DNA from: Oikopleura dioica
Taxonomy: Eukaryota; Animalia; Chordata
Length of the DNA: 64,000 nucleotides
Reading direction: 5' to 3'
Assembly: GCA_907165135.1 (NCBI GenBank)
Contig: OU015567.1
Location: forward strand, 4,154,001 to 4,218,000
Below, piece by piece: positions 1-13,242 of this stretch (positions within the stretch are counted from its first letter, which is position 1; each line of letters opens with the position of its first letter). The position numbers and the translations under genes are program-made. A model generated the notes under the pieces. It made no database searches. It was not told the origin of the DNA and saw only the letters and a program-made list of their open reading frames with translations.

Positions 1-3000
1 GAATCGAAATTAGCATAGTAACTTGACTCTACGCTTCTTCGTTTTCTCGATTCTTCCGGGCTCTTTTTGAAGGATTCAACAAAAGATTGGTAGTAGGAGG
101 TTATCATTCGTGCTGCCCCTAACCCTAGACCTAACCAAAGGGGCTACGCCCCCGGGACCCCCTCACCTCAGGCCTGAGCCAGGGGGCTTCGCTCCTCTGA
201 CCCCTGTTTAGAGTTCCCAGTCCCTAACCCTAACCACTAGCCCAGATTCTGGAGATCTTGAATGGCTCAAATCAAAGGGTCGAATGATAATCCCTCTCTA
301 CGATAAGATTCGTCCTTTCCTGATAATATGAGTCCGCCAATAAATCTGAGTAACCGTATTCTCCATAAGGATCATAATCTGGAAGACCCCCTCTCACATC
401 GCATCCGTCAGTAAAACCAAACTGGTTATCAAAACTTTCTTGTCCGTCAAGAATATAAATCGTGCTGAAGAAATCGTACCACTGAAAACTCGACGGATCG
501 GGATAAAAACTGTCAAAGAACTGAAGAGAATCGAAGAAATCATTCCTTTTTGATTGAAAATAACATCTTTTTCATAATTATTTGCTCTTCTGTTAGACCA
601 ATCAAGGTTATTTTTGCTTTTTCTGGTCTTTATAAAGCAGTTTATGCTTATGGTAAAGGGGTAAAGACCGTTCCTTCGGGATCCAATAAGCAAAGTCCAT
701 CTTTTATAATTTCGGAAAAATCATCATTCATTTTTGCCACAAAAATGATATTTCCCGATTTTAAGTCTTGTTTGCACTTTACAATTTTTCGTTGATAACA
801 ATACTCGTCCAGGGATTGATGACTAAGTTCGTGGGGACTAGGTTCGTGGGACTAGGTTCGTAGGTGGTTATGCCAAAGTATGCAAGATGGGGTATGGTTT
901 CCTTTCTATAAGGAACAATGTGGTGCGACTAGGTTCGTGGGACTAGGTTCGTAGGGGTGCTAGGTTCGTGGGTTTTGAAATTAGAGATTTTTCTATAAGT
1001 ATTATAAGTATTATAAAAATTATAATTTTTTTTTATAAGGAACAATTGAGTGCGACTAGGTTCGTGGGACTAGGTTCGTGGGTTTTGAAATTTTTTTTTA
1101 TAAGGAACAATTAAGTGCGACTAGGTTCGTGGGACTAGGTTCGTGAGTTTTGAAATTTTTTTATAAGGAACAATTGAGTGCGACTAGGTTCGTGGGCTAG
1201 GTTCGTGGGTTTTGAAATTATTTTTATAAGGAAAAGGAGGGTGCGACTAGGTTCGTAAGACTAGGTTCGTGGGTTTTGAAATTTTTATAAGGAAAAGGGG
1301 GTGCGACTAGGTTCGTGGGACTAGGTTCGTGAAGACTAGGTTCGTGAAGGTTAGGTTCGTGGGACTAGGTTCGTGGGACTAGGTTCGTGAAGATAAGGTT
1401 CGTGAAGACTAGGTTCGTGAGACTAGGTTCGTGGGACTAGGTTCGTGGGACTAGGTTCGTGGGTTGTAAAATTGGGTAAAGTTGAATGGTAAAAATGACT
1501 TTCCCACCCCCCAACCCCCAAAATAGGCCGCTAGGCTCTTTAACTGAGTTTCTATGTTAGCGCTGAATAACAATGGTTGCCTTAGAATAGAAACCCACGA
1601 ACCTAGTCCCACGAACCTAGTCGCAACCCATTTTTCCTTATAAAAAATTTTAAAAGCCACGAACCTAGTCCCACGAACCTAGTCGCACCCCATTTTCCTT
1701 ATAAAAAAAATTTTAAAAGCCACGAACCTAGTCCCACGAACCTAGTCGCACCTCCCTTTTCCTTATAAAAATAATTTCAAAACCCACGAACCTAGTCTCA
1801 CGAACCTAGTCGCACCCTCCTCTTCCTTATAAAAATAATTTCAAAACCCACGAACCTAGTCCCACGAACCTAGTCGCACATAATTTCTCCTTATAGAATA
1901 AAAATAATTACCAATTAAAAACCCACGAACCTAGTCCCACGAACCTAGTCGCACATATTTTTTCCTTATAGAATAAAAATTCTAACCAATCAAAAACCCC
2001 CGAACCTATATTTAGATAGCAATATTATTTTATATGATCATATAATTACAATACATATATATAAATATATATAAATAAATATATACATATAAATAACACT
2101 TAATCATTATAAATAAAAATATACATAGTAAATAAAAAACTCACGAACCTAGTCCCACGAACCACGTTTTCAAGCCAGCCACCCACGAACCTAGTCTCAC
2201 GAACCTAGTCCCCACGAACTTAGTCATCCCACACCTCGTCCAGTGTCGGCAGCGTTGCCTGTTTCATTGACTTCGGAGGAACAGTTGTGGTTATTGCTCT
2301 TTCCGTTGTAGTTGGGCAGTACCCGAGGCCGTAGACATATTTTTGATAGGCATCTTTGTCCAAAATTTGCTCGATATGCTGAATATCATAAAGCGGCCGG
2401 ATTGTTTCGAGTGAGTCGACACATTCTGATGCGTTCTTTTGAACAATCGCGAGATGGTTGATGTTGAATTTTTGTTCTGAACGAATGGGGAAAAATTGTC
2501 AGGAAGAAGGGCTCTTTCTTCTGCTTCCAATTCCTCAAAACTTTGCGGTTCTATATCCCCGATTGTTATCACAAATCTGTCCTTTTCCGCATCATCTCCG
2601 TCTTCTTTAATTTGCCTCAGTGCATAATTCAAATCGACTGGCTCCTCCTTCAATTCCTTTTTTATTCCCTTTATCAACTTGTGCTTCGAAGTGTAGTCAG
2701 TTGCCTGTCCATCTTTTTGAATGAGTCTCACGACTCGTCGTTTCTTACCATTTTCTATTTCGACTTTTTTGGCGAATCGGGCAATTGCTTTTGCTGTCAT
2801 TTTTTCTTTTTCAGGAGATGTCTTAGAAAGGTTTTTGAAGGGCGGAATCAAAGAGGAGAAAAATCATTGATTTCAACCTTTTTCCTGTTCGCCAATGATC
2901 AGTTCAATCGTCGAAATATCTTTCTTAATATCCTTAATACTTGCACCAAGATTTTCACAAACAGCTTCTTTAATTCTTTTCAAGTTATCCCGATTTGCAT

Positions 3001-4624
3001 CAAGTGAGTCTATCCGAACAACTTGATCTACAGCAGCATGAAATTCACGGAGATTCTGGTCGGTTTTGTTTTTATGGTCAAAATTGACTTTGTCCATAAT
3101 GACGATTCCAATAGTTTTGACTTTTGGCTTCTGGGTGTAGACGATTCTCGGGCTTGAATTGAAAATTGGGTCTTTATGTGGGTTCACAGTAAATTTTCGA
3201 TAAAAAAAGGTTATCCTCCTTGATTTCGGAAAGGATAAAAATTTTCAAATAAACTACTTTTTTGGTCATTTTTCAGTATTTCAGAAATTTCGGAACCTTC
3301 CCTCCTCCGCTTCTGACATCCGGAAATCCAGATTCCAGAGCATAATGAAACACAAACGCAATTTTCGGACTCAGCGGGCTTGGCGGGTCATTTGAATTCG
3401 GACAGCTCGCAAGCTCAGCCGCTCGAAAAGCGCGCTCATAAGCGTCCATTTTTCCATCGACCAATGCTTTTCGCACTTTTCCGCCGCCAATTCTGTCAGT
3501 GTCAAAATACCAAAAGGCCGATCAACATACTCAGTCGTCGCCCATTTTTTCTTCATCGAGTGTCCCTCCATAACATGCCCAATTCTTCTGTAGTTGAAGT
3601 CTTTAAGCGCTTTTGAGATGAGTTTTTGCTCGTCTTTGATGATTTGAATTGCGGTTCCTCCGTTTGGATTGTCATAATCGACCAAAACTTCGAACTCGTC
3701 GGTGCATTTCGCTTTTGATTTTCGAAGAGATCTGATTTTTTCGCGGCTGGCGGAGGAGTCAGCCCTGGGTACTGCTCTTCTGAGGCGGAAATTTCGCAGA
3801 GGCGTTGCTGAAAAACTGGCTTTGATAATCAAGAAAATGGCTTTGGAGTGTACCTTGATCATATTCGTAACGGTATTAAGTTTCTGCCAGCTTGTGGGCT
3901 GAAAGACGAAGCAGTGGTTTTCAGAAATTCTCAATAGCTGGCTTGGCGAAAATTCCTCTGGCGTAACTGAAATGACAAATGGAATGTCCTCTGGCTTCTT
4001 TTCCTCGCTCCAAAAACTTTCTGCCAGCGCGGATTTTTCATCAACGGAGCCGATTCCAGAGTGCAGCAGAATCACCACTTTCTTGTTCTCTTTTCTGCCG
4101 CCGGAAAACGCCATGGAAAATAAATCAAGGCTCTTGTCCGTCAATTTGTCGATCGGAATCGTTTTGCCTGGGTTGAGTGTGATTCTGTCAATTTTTCGCT
4201 TCAGAGTGGCGTATTTCTGGGTGAAGCCTGGAACTTTTGTTGTTTCTTTATTGAAAGCGAAGAGTTTTTGCTGATGGAAATTCGTTGCGCGGTTGGTTCG
4301 AGGGATCCAGGTTGTCAAGTTTTGAAGCATTCGTTTTTGATTATCAAGAGCTTCTGAATTATGACTTTATTCAAGGGTTGGGAATGGAGGGTCAAAGAGG
4401 GTTTGCTCGTCTGTGATTGGCTGACGCGTGAAATGCCGGTTTTTGATTGGCTAAAAGGTTAACGCCCGCTTTAAAGAGGTCATTATTCAGAACTTACCTT
4501 GATTATCGTGCCCTGTATCGACCATAAAAACAATATCCATTTTAAACTGATTTCCGCAGAATCTGAAATCATCTCTCTCCGCCCTCGCGTGAAATAGAAG
4601 CAATAAAAATCTAAAATTCATCAT
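1..4624 (-). CDS. Secreted multi-VWA-domain protein (spliced; probably runs off the left end)
   Basis: Exon 1 (4624-4498) reads MMNFRFLLLLFHARA (signal peptide) then MDIVFMVDTG (VWA beta-1). A GT-AG intron (4497-4354) joins in frame to ORF 3371-4330, which has FSGGRKENKKVVILLHSG. Further degenerate VWA-like segments lie in ORFs 2873-3187 and 2291-2851. The frame continues across the 2234-804 intron (TLPTLDE|YCYQRKIVKC). A D/Y-rich exon near 545-300 and ESRKRRSVESSYY near 20-60 follow. Two single-base homopolymer corrections are needed, and junctions below ~650 are unresolved. Confidence 0.7.
97..293. repeat. Small inverted-repeat (MITE-like) element with GC-rich hairpins and (CCCTAA)2 fragments
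   Basis: ggttatcattcg (99-110) is inverted, with one mismatch, at cgaatgataatcc (281-293). The interior has gggctacgccccc and gggggcttcgctcc motifs and cctaaccctaacc. Confidence 0.35.
813..2234. mobile_element. Non-autonomous foldback/Mutator-like element with 9-bp TSD
   Basis: Direct repeat CTCGTCCAG at 804-812 and 2235-2243. Long inverted arms (~813-1465 and ~1590-2234) are built from tandem GGGACTAGGTTCGT / ACGAACCTAGTCCC units, with terminal gatgactaagttcgtgggg inverted at both ends. No transposase ORF. Confidence 0.85.
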
Positions 4625-5575
4625 TTTTATTCTGAAAAATTCTTACTCATCTGTTTATGAAGTTGGAAAAAGTCCTGACCAAACAAATATCTGAGTTTGA
4701 CTTTCCAGTTCTGAATGATCTCAGAGGATCAAATTTTCCCTGATAAGTAGCATTGAGAATCTTCATTTTAGATTCTCAAAGCTTTATTTGGAAAAAAAAT
4801 TATTTTTGAAAAAAATTTTGTTAATAACTATCTAATTAAAATGCCATAAAATATATATGAATAAACTTAAATTTAAAAACTTTATCACCGGCGCTGCTGT
4901 CGACTACTCCGAGGGCGCTCGCGAGCTCCATCCTCCGCGCTCTCTGTTCTCGGCTCGAAAAGGTTCGAAAAGGACCCCGTTGAGCCGAATCGCGCCTAAA
5001 GAACTTCCTCCGCGTTTATTTTTCGCACCTATTACCTTTTTGGGAAAGAACCTAAGAGAGAGAGAAAATTAGAGAGTGTCCAGAGAAGAAATCTGTGATT
5101 TTCACACTTAGAGATTTGAAAAGTGCTCCGGCCAGAAGATTGAGAAGTTTTTGAAAAAAGCTCGTAAGTTCAATTTTATTTTTAGATCGTTAATAATTAA
5201 CAAATCTATTTTTTGAATAATTATGATAATTTTCAATGAAAAATTATTTTATTTTAATATTTTAAAAGAAAATTTTTTTAATTTATTAAAAGGCAGGAAA
5301 AAGCCATTTTACTGTCCGAAAATGCCTCTTTCAGTATAAATTAGGTTATTTTTACGTAATGATTCCTCCTCATTTTGGAAAATCGCCTTGACTTTTTCGC
5401 TCAAATTTCGCTTTGCGTCATCAAAAGGCGCTTGACCGCGTAAAACGTGGAACCAATCTACTTTATCGGCGCCAGTCTCTTGAGGAATTCCATCTTCTAT
5501 CTTTGCTTACTTTTGGCGGTCATGATTTTGTAGTAAAAACAGCCTTTCATCCTTGAAGGTCACGTGTTTATAGCC

Positions 5576-6370
5576 ATGGGACGTCAACAGCCAGATAGAG
5601 TTTCGCCGATATCGGGCTGTTTTGACTCTCGCCGCGAACTCAGCGAATTTCTAGCGTCTTGCGTTTATCAAGGGTGTCTTTTTGATGATACCCAATCTCA
5701 AAGTCACTTCATTTCTAGCTGTTTACTGCTCTCGTTTGAAACTCGGTTATCAATAATCCTGCCACGTTTTTGCTGGGTTGAAAATCTGATTTCTCTTTCG
5801 CCGAGGAAAAAATCCCTTTTTATGGTCAATTTATTGAATCATTTTCAAAATTTATTTTCATAAAATTATTGTTGCAGAGAGATAAATAACTTTTTTCTTT
5901 GTTTTCGAAGAGAGAGAATTACCATGATGTAATTGATTTCATTTTATGCAAATTTCTTTCATTATGAGTAAAAATAACAGTAACAAAGGTTTACCGATAA
6001 GCGTTAAGTACAGTCGGATCCATATCTTGTTCTTCTTTTAGCTCCATTGCCCCTTTGAGCCACAATTGCAGACCTCTATCTCCCTCTCTTTTCGCCGTTG
6101 AAAACATCTGTTTGTATTTACCTGAGTGACTTACTGTATGCTAACGGACCTGCACCCGGCACTAAATTTGCCCTCCGAGAGTCAAATTATGAAACGTCAT
6201 AAATTTCAAATTTGCCGCTGCCAGTTTGGACACTTGAAGGAACTCCCATGTCTCAGAGCAGAATGTGTTTTTGTTTTTCAATTGCCATGGAAGCTAAATC
6301 ACTATTCAAGTGAAAACTGCAAAATCAAGAACGTTTGCCCAGCGAGCGATAAAAGAGGACTTCAAGGTCG
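5576..6370 (+). CDS. Candidate N-terminal exons of the PLEKHG4/ARHGEF40-like RhoGEF
   Basis: 5576-~5780 encodes ...LASCVYQGCLF. ~6190-6370 encodes HLKELPCLRAECVFVFQLPW. As I recall them, these resemble the ARHGEF40/PLEKHG4B N-terminal motifs ACAQYSGFLF and QEVPVPNEACAYLFTPEW. Splice path not resolved. Confidence 0.4.
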
Positions 6371-6768
6371 GGAAGGGTAGGAAAGCGATAGGAGGGTAAA
6401 TAGATCGGAAAAAAAACGTACAAGTTTTTGAGAGCCGCGAGACAACAAAGATTGGAATAAGTAAATTCAAGTGCGTTGATAGTCGCTTAGGGCCAGTTGT
6501 CAAGGGGAATCATCCAAAATTCGAAATGTTCCAAGAAATTCCGAAAATTCCAGCAGTCGAAAAATCGAGGGCAAACAACTTGGAGACGGTCGATTTGGGC
6601 TTTTTATGGTCGAAAATTATTGAAATCGCGGATTTTTGACCAAAAAATCTTTCAAAATCAGCATTTTCGGGCATTTTGTTTTGAATATTTCGAAAATTTT
6701 GATAAATATTTATTTTTTTTATTCTTGATGAATTTTTTTCTTTTTCTTCGAGAAATTTTGGGATAGCG

Positions 6769-6870
6769 TCTAGAACCGACAAAAAATTTCGACGGTGAGC
6801 TGATTCCAGGCTTCTGATTGGTTGAAAATTTCCACTCAAAATTTGTCGAAATTTTTTTGTCGGTTCCAGA
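6769..6870. mobile_element. MITE, CCAAT-array family (short copy)
   Basis: TIRs tctagaaccgacaaaaaa / tttttttgtcggttccaga. The interior has one ccaggcttctgattgg unit shared with 20716-21035. Confidence 0.65.
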
Positions 6871-9301
6871 CACCTCCCGGAAATTTGGGCTTTTTTTTGA
6901 GCTGGTTCAATTAGGACAGTTGCGTGACGAAAATTTTTGCGTTGAAAAACAAGTATTTCTAACCTGTGGTTGCGTGAAATCGAAATCGGCGCGTGCCCTT
7001 TTCTGGGTCAAGTCAGAGTGTCTTTGACATCTTTGTGTTAATAACGTTTGGGTCACCACCAAACCTGGGTTTATACGCTGAAGAGATCGACCGCGCCGTT
7101 TTTTGGAGAAAACTTGTTTTAATATTTGTGTACCGACAGAATTTACATTCGGTTACGTATCGTTTCGGCTTCTTGGAGAGGCGATTTATTTAATTAAAAA
7201 TTATAAATATTGTTTAACACAATTTATTGCATACAAAATGGCTTTTTTCGAGGAGGAAATTAAAAAAAAGCGATTTAGGTTAAAAATGGTAGATTTGATT
7301 TAAAAAATTTCGCCCATGATCGTCGATTTTTCCCGGTTTCGAGGCGAAAATAAACGATTTCTGGTCGGTTTTCTGAATTTTGCTAGACTATCTTCGATTT
7401 GTGGTTAGTTCAAGATAGAAAAAGACATAAAATCTATCAAAATTCGACCCGAAATGAATCATTCTGTTGAAAAAATTGAGTATTTTAGCAAAAAATGAAA
7501 TTTCTTTTGAATTTTCCCAAGAAATCAATGAATTTTCTCACATTTTTGTTAATTTATGATCGAATTCTTGGGCTTCTATGGCCAAAAATACTGAAATTCG
7601 TCCTCCAAAAGCATTAGTTTTTTCTCAAGAATTCTAAAACCCGGAAATGCCTTTCCGAAAATCACTCACGTTTTCTCCCTCAATCTCTTATTATTGCTCG
7701 ACCGGATTCGCTTGCTATTTTCTAAATAGCAGCTTTGAAACAACTCGCAGCCGATCATTAGACTTAAATTTTTGAATTCATCAAGAAGTCGGTTTCTATT
7801 ACAAAAACAGTAGTTATGTTTAGATAAGTAGCTTTTTGTTTTAAAAATATTAGCATGTAACTTTCACGCTTGATAACTACCACTGGCAACTTGATGATCA
7901 CGTAGTCTTTTTTGAACACGTGCTTGTAAATAGAAGACCATCTCCGAGACGCTTCTTTAGCCGGATCGGCTTAGGTAGGCCACTTTTGGCGATTTTCGAT
8001 GATTTTGCCCGCTTGGGGGTTAAGTGCTATTGTGGGTTAAAATACTGTGGTTGGGAAATAATAAAGATGATAATGAATTCGATTTATTCTTGTGTAATCG
8101 TTTCGCCAAATCGCTTTCTTCGGGGTTTTTCAAATCTTATGCTTGATAAAAATCAATGTCTTTGGTAAAAAATATCAAGCTACCAAGATTTTGGTTAATT
8201 GAACTGGGCGAAATTTTGGCTGCGCTTGTTTATGGCTGAGTTTGTGGGATGAGCGATCCCGCCAAGGCGGTCAGACGATTGGAACTTGCGTCATGAGCCG
8301 TACCCATTAATCTTGTAATTATTTCTAGAAATTTGTCAATATGGGCAATCGATTCTTTAACTCTTGGACATTGTCAACGACTTCTTCGATTTCTTGATCG
8401 GTTATCAGCAAGAACATCGGATATCATTCTCTACAACCTTAAAATTCGACCTTATAATTATGGTTTTGAAAAGTTTTGGGTAGGTTTATTTTTAGTCACA
8501 ATGAAATTCGATAACATCTGACCTCTATTAGACGATAAAAGATTAAGGGTGTATCCCAGCATGTCAATTCTCGCTTCTCCTATAAGATAAGCGTTTCACA
8601 AACCCGAAACGTATTACCTCTTCTTCACGTTTTCCAACACGATTTTTAACAGAGATAAAGACAAAAACCTTCAGCTTGAGAAAGAGAATTTCGATAAGAA
8701 ATTTTAAAGCAAAGAGCGAAAAGTTCATTTGAGCAATTTGTAGTCTTGTCTCAGCGGGACAGCAAGACAGAGAGAAGAGCTCTTATCAGGAGCTTTTAGA
8801 AACTTCTCCTTGAGCTCCTCTCCCATGTGCAGAATTCCGAACGACGTGAGATCGGAATTCAAAGATGACTCGGGCGAAATTCAAAGTTTGGAAATTGACG
8901 CGTTTTTCGAAGAATTGAATTAATTTTTTCTTGAAAAAGAATGTTCAAGAAAAATTTGAAATTTTGAAAGTTTGAATTTTAGAACATTTGTGATGAAGGA
9001 CTTTTTCTTTTTCTGAAAATTTTGAAAACAATCTTAGTTTCTTTTTCTGCTTAGTGGGCTTTTAAAACGTTCCATTCTGGCAAAAACTAACCGCGCTAAT
9101 CTGTTGAGGGAAAATAGATTACGGACAGGTTCTTTCACCAAGAGTTATATAATTGAGCGTCTTTCCGATTCTTCTTCATGTAACTTTTCTTTTCGGATAA
9201 AAAGAAAATTCTAAAAACTTATCATATTGATCCCCTTATTTCATAAAGCTTAAATTCTGGTCCAAAAGGGTCAAGAAAAAGGGTCGACCCTAAGGGTGGC
9301 G

Positions 9302-9440
9302 TCAGGAAGCGACAGAAAATTTTGACAAATTTTGCGTGGGCGGCTATTCGGCTAGTGATTGGCTTGTTCGCCAAATCTAGGCTTTGGATTGTTTGAAAAT
9401 TTCAACGCCAAATTTGTCGAAAATTTTTGTCGATTCCCGA
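9302..9440. mobile_element. MITE, CCAAT-array family (diverged copy)
   Basis: tcaggaagcgacagaaaat ... tttttgtcgattcccga, with the same internal gattggc / aaatttgtcga blocks as 6769-6870 and 20716-21035. Confidence 0.55.
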
Positions 9441-9956
9441 CATCTCCACGATCCTTATTTATTCAAAATTGATTAAGGGGGTCACTTTGTTATTTTTTCA
9501 ATTTATTTCTTGATTAACCTGCTTACAGGTCCTTATCCTGTTGTCGAATTATGATTAATTAAATGAGCTCTGAGTTTTGTTTTATCAGCGAAATCTATCA
9601 AAAAGCATAATTTACCGGAATCAAAGCCGCCGAACTACAAATACACAGACACTTGATTAACAATCAGCACCATTCTCATTTTTAATTAAATTGAGTGTTT
9701 ACATAAAAACGCGCGCTAGAAGAGCAATAAGGGTGCCTAATAGTGGTTCACTTCTAAAAATCAACGACGCGAGTGGCATTTGCATAATTTTGTTTAGCTT
9801 CGTCCTCATTTTCTAAATGTTCGTATTTGACACCGAAAATGAGATAGGATAAAAACGACGCCATAACAAAATTCAACACCGTTAAAAATCACCTAAAACA
9901 TTTAAAAAATAATGTTTCTACATTTGTTATTTATTAAAGAAAAAAATTGAAATTTA

Positions 9957-10111
9957 ACATGGTGATACCCTTATTTTGCTCATCAAAAATAGCCTCACAA
10001 AAATTATGTATTATTTAATAAATTACTTAAAAATATGCTTGAAAATAATAAATAATTAATAGTTGATGTTGATGTTCATTTTTGATGGGCAAAATAAGGG
10101 TATCACCATGT
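9957..10111. mobile_element. MITE with ~34-bp TIRs and TA target duplication (Tc1/mariner-like)
   Basis: TA|ACATGGTGATACCCTTATTTTGCTCATCAAAAAT ... ATTTTTGATGGGCAAAATAAGGGTATCACCATGT|TA. Confidence 0.75.
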
Positions 10112-11463
10112 TATTTTCAATTTTTTTCTTTTGTTTTTTACACTTCAAAAAAAGTAACTGGACATATTTTTTCTCCGAATATCTTATTCAATCTAACCAG
10201 ACAAAATGAATCATACTTTCGCCACGTGAGAATTTTTTCATCTTCTGTAAACGCTACTTCAACTCCTAAAAAAACATGTGCTCAAATTAACCCCCACCCC
10301 TGCATGTAGCATGGGATCTCAAGTCTTGTATAACAATTCTTCAGAGCATTCTTTATCTAACATTCTTTTGCCCATACTTGAGAAATATTTGGAAGTATTG
10401 TACTTATTCGAAAGCAATTTCAGACCACGTGGACAAAAAGGAGGATGTTTTTTCCCTGCAAGTGAAAATTGAGTGGGGTCAAGACTGACAAATTGAGATT
10501 ATCAAATCTGAACTGATAAGGGTAGAAACAAAGCTGAAGGGGATTAAGAGAAGAAGCAAGCTTTGCCCTAGATTTCTCGAAGAAAAAAAGTTGATTTTTC
10601 TGGTTTGAAAATTTTTTGAATCGTAAGAAAAGATCTTCTAAAAACCTCGAAAATGAACCTAAAGGATAATACCCAATACAGCAAGTAACAATATTGGTAA
10701 TCGTCTAGAACCCACAAATACCATTTCGCGGCGCCACGAAATGACAGAGAGGGGAGGAGACTCGGGGAAGCCGTCTTCCCAGAATCAACGCCAACTCGCT
10801 CAGAGAGAAAAATCACGGGACAAACGACAAGACTAGCCAGCTCAGCTTAAACCTATTTCAAGTTTATTATGTATCCGGAGATTCCTCGTTTTAGCCCCTG
10901 CTGCGGAGCTGGCTGATCCAATCATTTTTGGAAATGAAAAAGGGAAATTTCATAAAACACGCATTCTCAGTAAAAACTCAAAAAACAAGGACAAAAAAGG
11001 AGGCAAAAATCGTTATCATCTATCATAAGCTAGTGACACCCTTATTTCATCGAAGCTCTTTTGTAAGAAACCGTGCCGATTCAGTTATCATGGCAAATTC
11101 AGTGAACGATGTTCGAGTGATCATTTTTTATGTTTTTCGATTTTCTGCTCCACCTAAGCGAATTGGCCCCCGATTATGACTGAATCATGTATTATCCCTC
11201 CCCTGGTTCTCCTTCTTTTATAAAATCCCCGTCGGAAAATTGCGTGACCCAACGTGGCTTTGAGAAATTAAATCATGTTTTTGCGATATCATGTAACGAA
11301 CGAGAATGAAATTTTTATAAATTGTTTAGATAGGAGATTTTAGATTTTATAAAGCTGTTAGAAACCCGCTAGCAATTTATAAACGAATTGGATCGAAGGA
11401 AAAAAATCTTGAATTGGTTTTGACCATAAGAGTATTTCGACTATTATCCTATTATTGTATATT

Positions 11464-11590
11464 GAAAGCCGCGTAGCGGCTTTTAGAAAAGTGAAGCCGC
11501 AAAGCGGCTTCGAAAAATTATTTTTCTAATTATTTTGTAATTTCTGGCGAAGCCGCTTCGCGGCTTCGTTTTCAAAAAAGCCGCTACGCA
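11464..11590. mobile_element. MITE, AGCCGC-nnn-GCGGCT palindrome family (subtype B)
   Basis: Four nested AGCCGC..GCGGCT mini-palindromes arranged as a larger inverted repeat. A near-identical copy lies at 13594-13724. Confidence 0.65.
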
Positions 11591-12422
11591 ATATTTCAAT
11601 AAGAAAATAATAATTTCAATAAGAATCTTTAGACCCTGACTCAGGCTTTTACACAAGTTTTTGTGCTCAAATTAGAGCTGTAGACTGAATTTTTGCCAAA
11701 AATAAATGAATTTAGATTATTCATCCAATTTTAAACTCCATGAAAAACGCGTAAAATCCGCTCTTTTAGCATTGCGGAATGTCACCCCTCTAAACAGGAA
11801 GTGGACATTTGCAGTCAGCTCAACGTGTCTGAGCGGGTTAAGGATGTCCCTCGTTCACGTGATTGTTTGAATTGCTCCCTCTTGGGCTGGAGAAAATGCA
11901 ATTAACCCGTGCAAGAATCGGCGAGTAAGGAGCTCCTCGAAATTAATTCAGCCCTGGAGTAATTTCCCCGACCGCGTTAAATTTCCGATGATTTAACTCT
12001 TACGTGGCCCCCGTTACTAAACCAGTGACTTTTTCGGGTTAATGACAGATTATTTTTTTCACCGAAACTTTTCGTTGAACGAAAAAAAGATGCTCTAAAA
12101 CGTGATTCTGAATTAAAATGAGTCTAACTCTATTTCTTGGTTTTCAAATGGAAAATTTTTAGATTTGAATTTCTTCGTCATTTTTCATGCGTGTGCGAAA
12201 AGGTTTTAAAAGCCACAATTTGATCTGAGAATGACACCCAATGACGGGCAGAGAAATTAGCCGTAACCAGCCGCGCGGCACCCGACAATTATCAATTCAT
12301 AATTTTGGCCAGAGATCGTTTTTCTAAGTCGTAATTGTTGAAGCTTTATTTTTGGTTGAGAAGCCTTTATTACTGACGCTCAGTGCTGTCGGACCCTTAA
12401 ATCGATATTTCGCTCAGTACAG

Positions 12423-12753
12423 TCGAGAAGCCGCTTGCGGCTTCAAACTTTTAAATTGAGCCGCGCTGAGCGCGGCTTTTTTAATTTTAACGCCGGAACG
12501 CATATACGACCCATTTTTGGGTTATACGATTTTGCTCATCAAAAAACCCATATTATATTTGATATACGCATATAATATGACCACGCTCAAGTTATATTTT
12601 TGTAGCTTAGAGTCCGGTTATAATATATAAACCCGGAATATTATTCTCTTTATGCCCAAATCGAGACAATATTCGGTTAAAAAATGGTCAGAAATTGGCA
12701 AAAATGGCCATGCGTTCCGGGGTTAAAGCTAAAAGCCGCAGGCGGCTTCTCGA
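12423..12753. mobile_element. MITE, AGCCGC palindrome family, expanded copy
   Basis: tcgagaagccgcttgcggcttc at 12423 and aagccgcaggcggcttctcga ending at 12753, with ~250 bp of extra interior. Confidence 0.55.
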
Positions 12754-13242
12754 TTGAACAGAAAAAAAATTCGAAATCGACCACTGATGGCGCTCTTCTC
12801 CAAACAGCGCCACCGAGCGTCGAAGATTTCGAAAGCTTTTCGTCTTTTTGTAAAAACCTAGTGAACTTGTTTTAGGTCCGAAAAAAAACGGAATGAGTCT
12901 TGTGTTATGTCAATTTTCGGGGTTCGTTGTTTCATCAAAAAACTCGGAAGCGCCTTTCACGCGGTTTTCGTGACTCTTCTAGTGACTAGCGAAAAGGCTT
13001 TTTTAATAAGGTCAATTAGCGATTAGGAGCTCCAAAAATTAAAAATTACGGAAAAAGGAACTTCTTAAAAAGGGGGAAAATAGACAATAATTAAAAAAGA
13101 ACAAGTGATTTTGCTTTGATTTTTTGTGTGTTTTCGAAAAAGCAAAGGAGCAATTAGCAGATTTCAGGGAAGCAAAACATCATTTAATTAATTACCGCTG
13201 CGGATGTAAATAATGAAACAATCTTTTGAATCATATTTTCAG

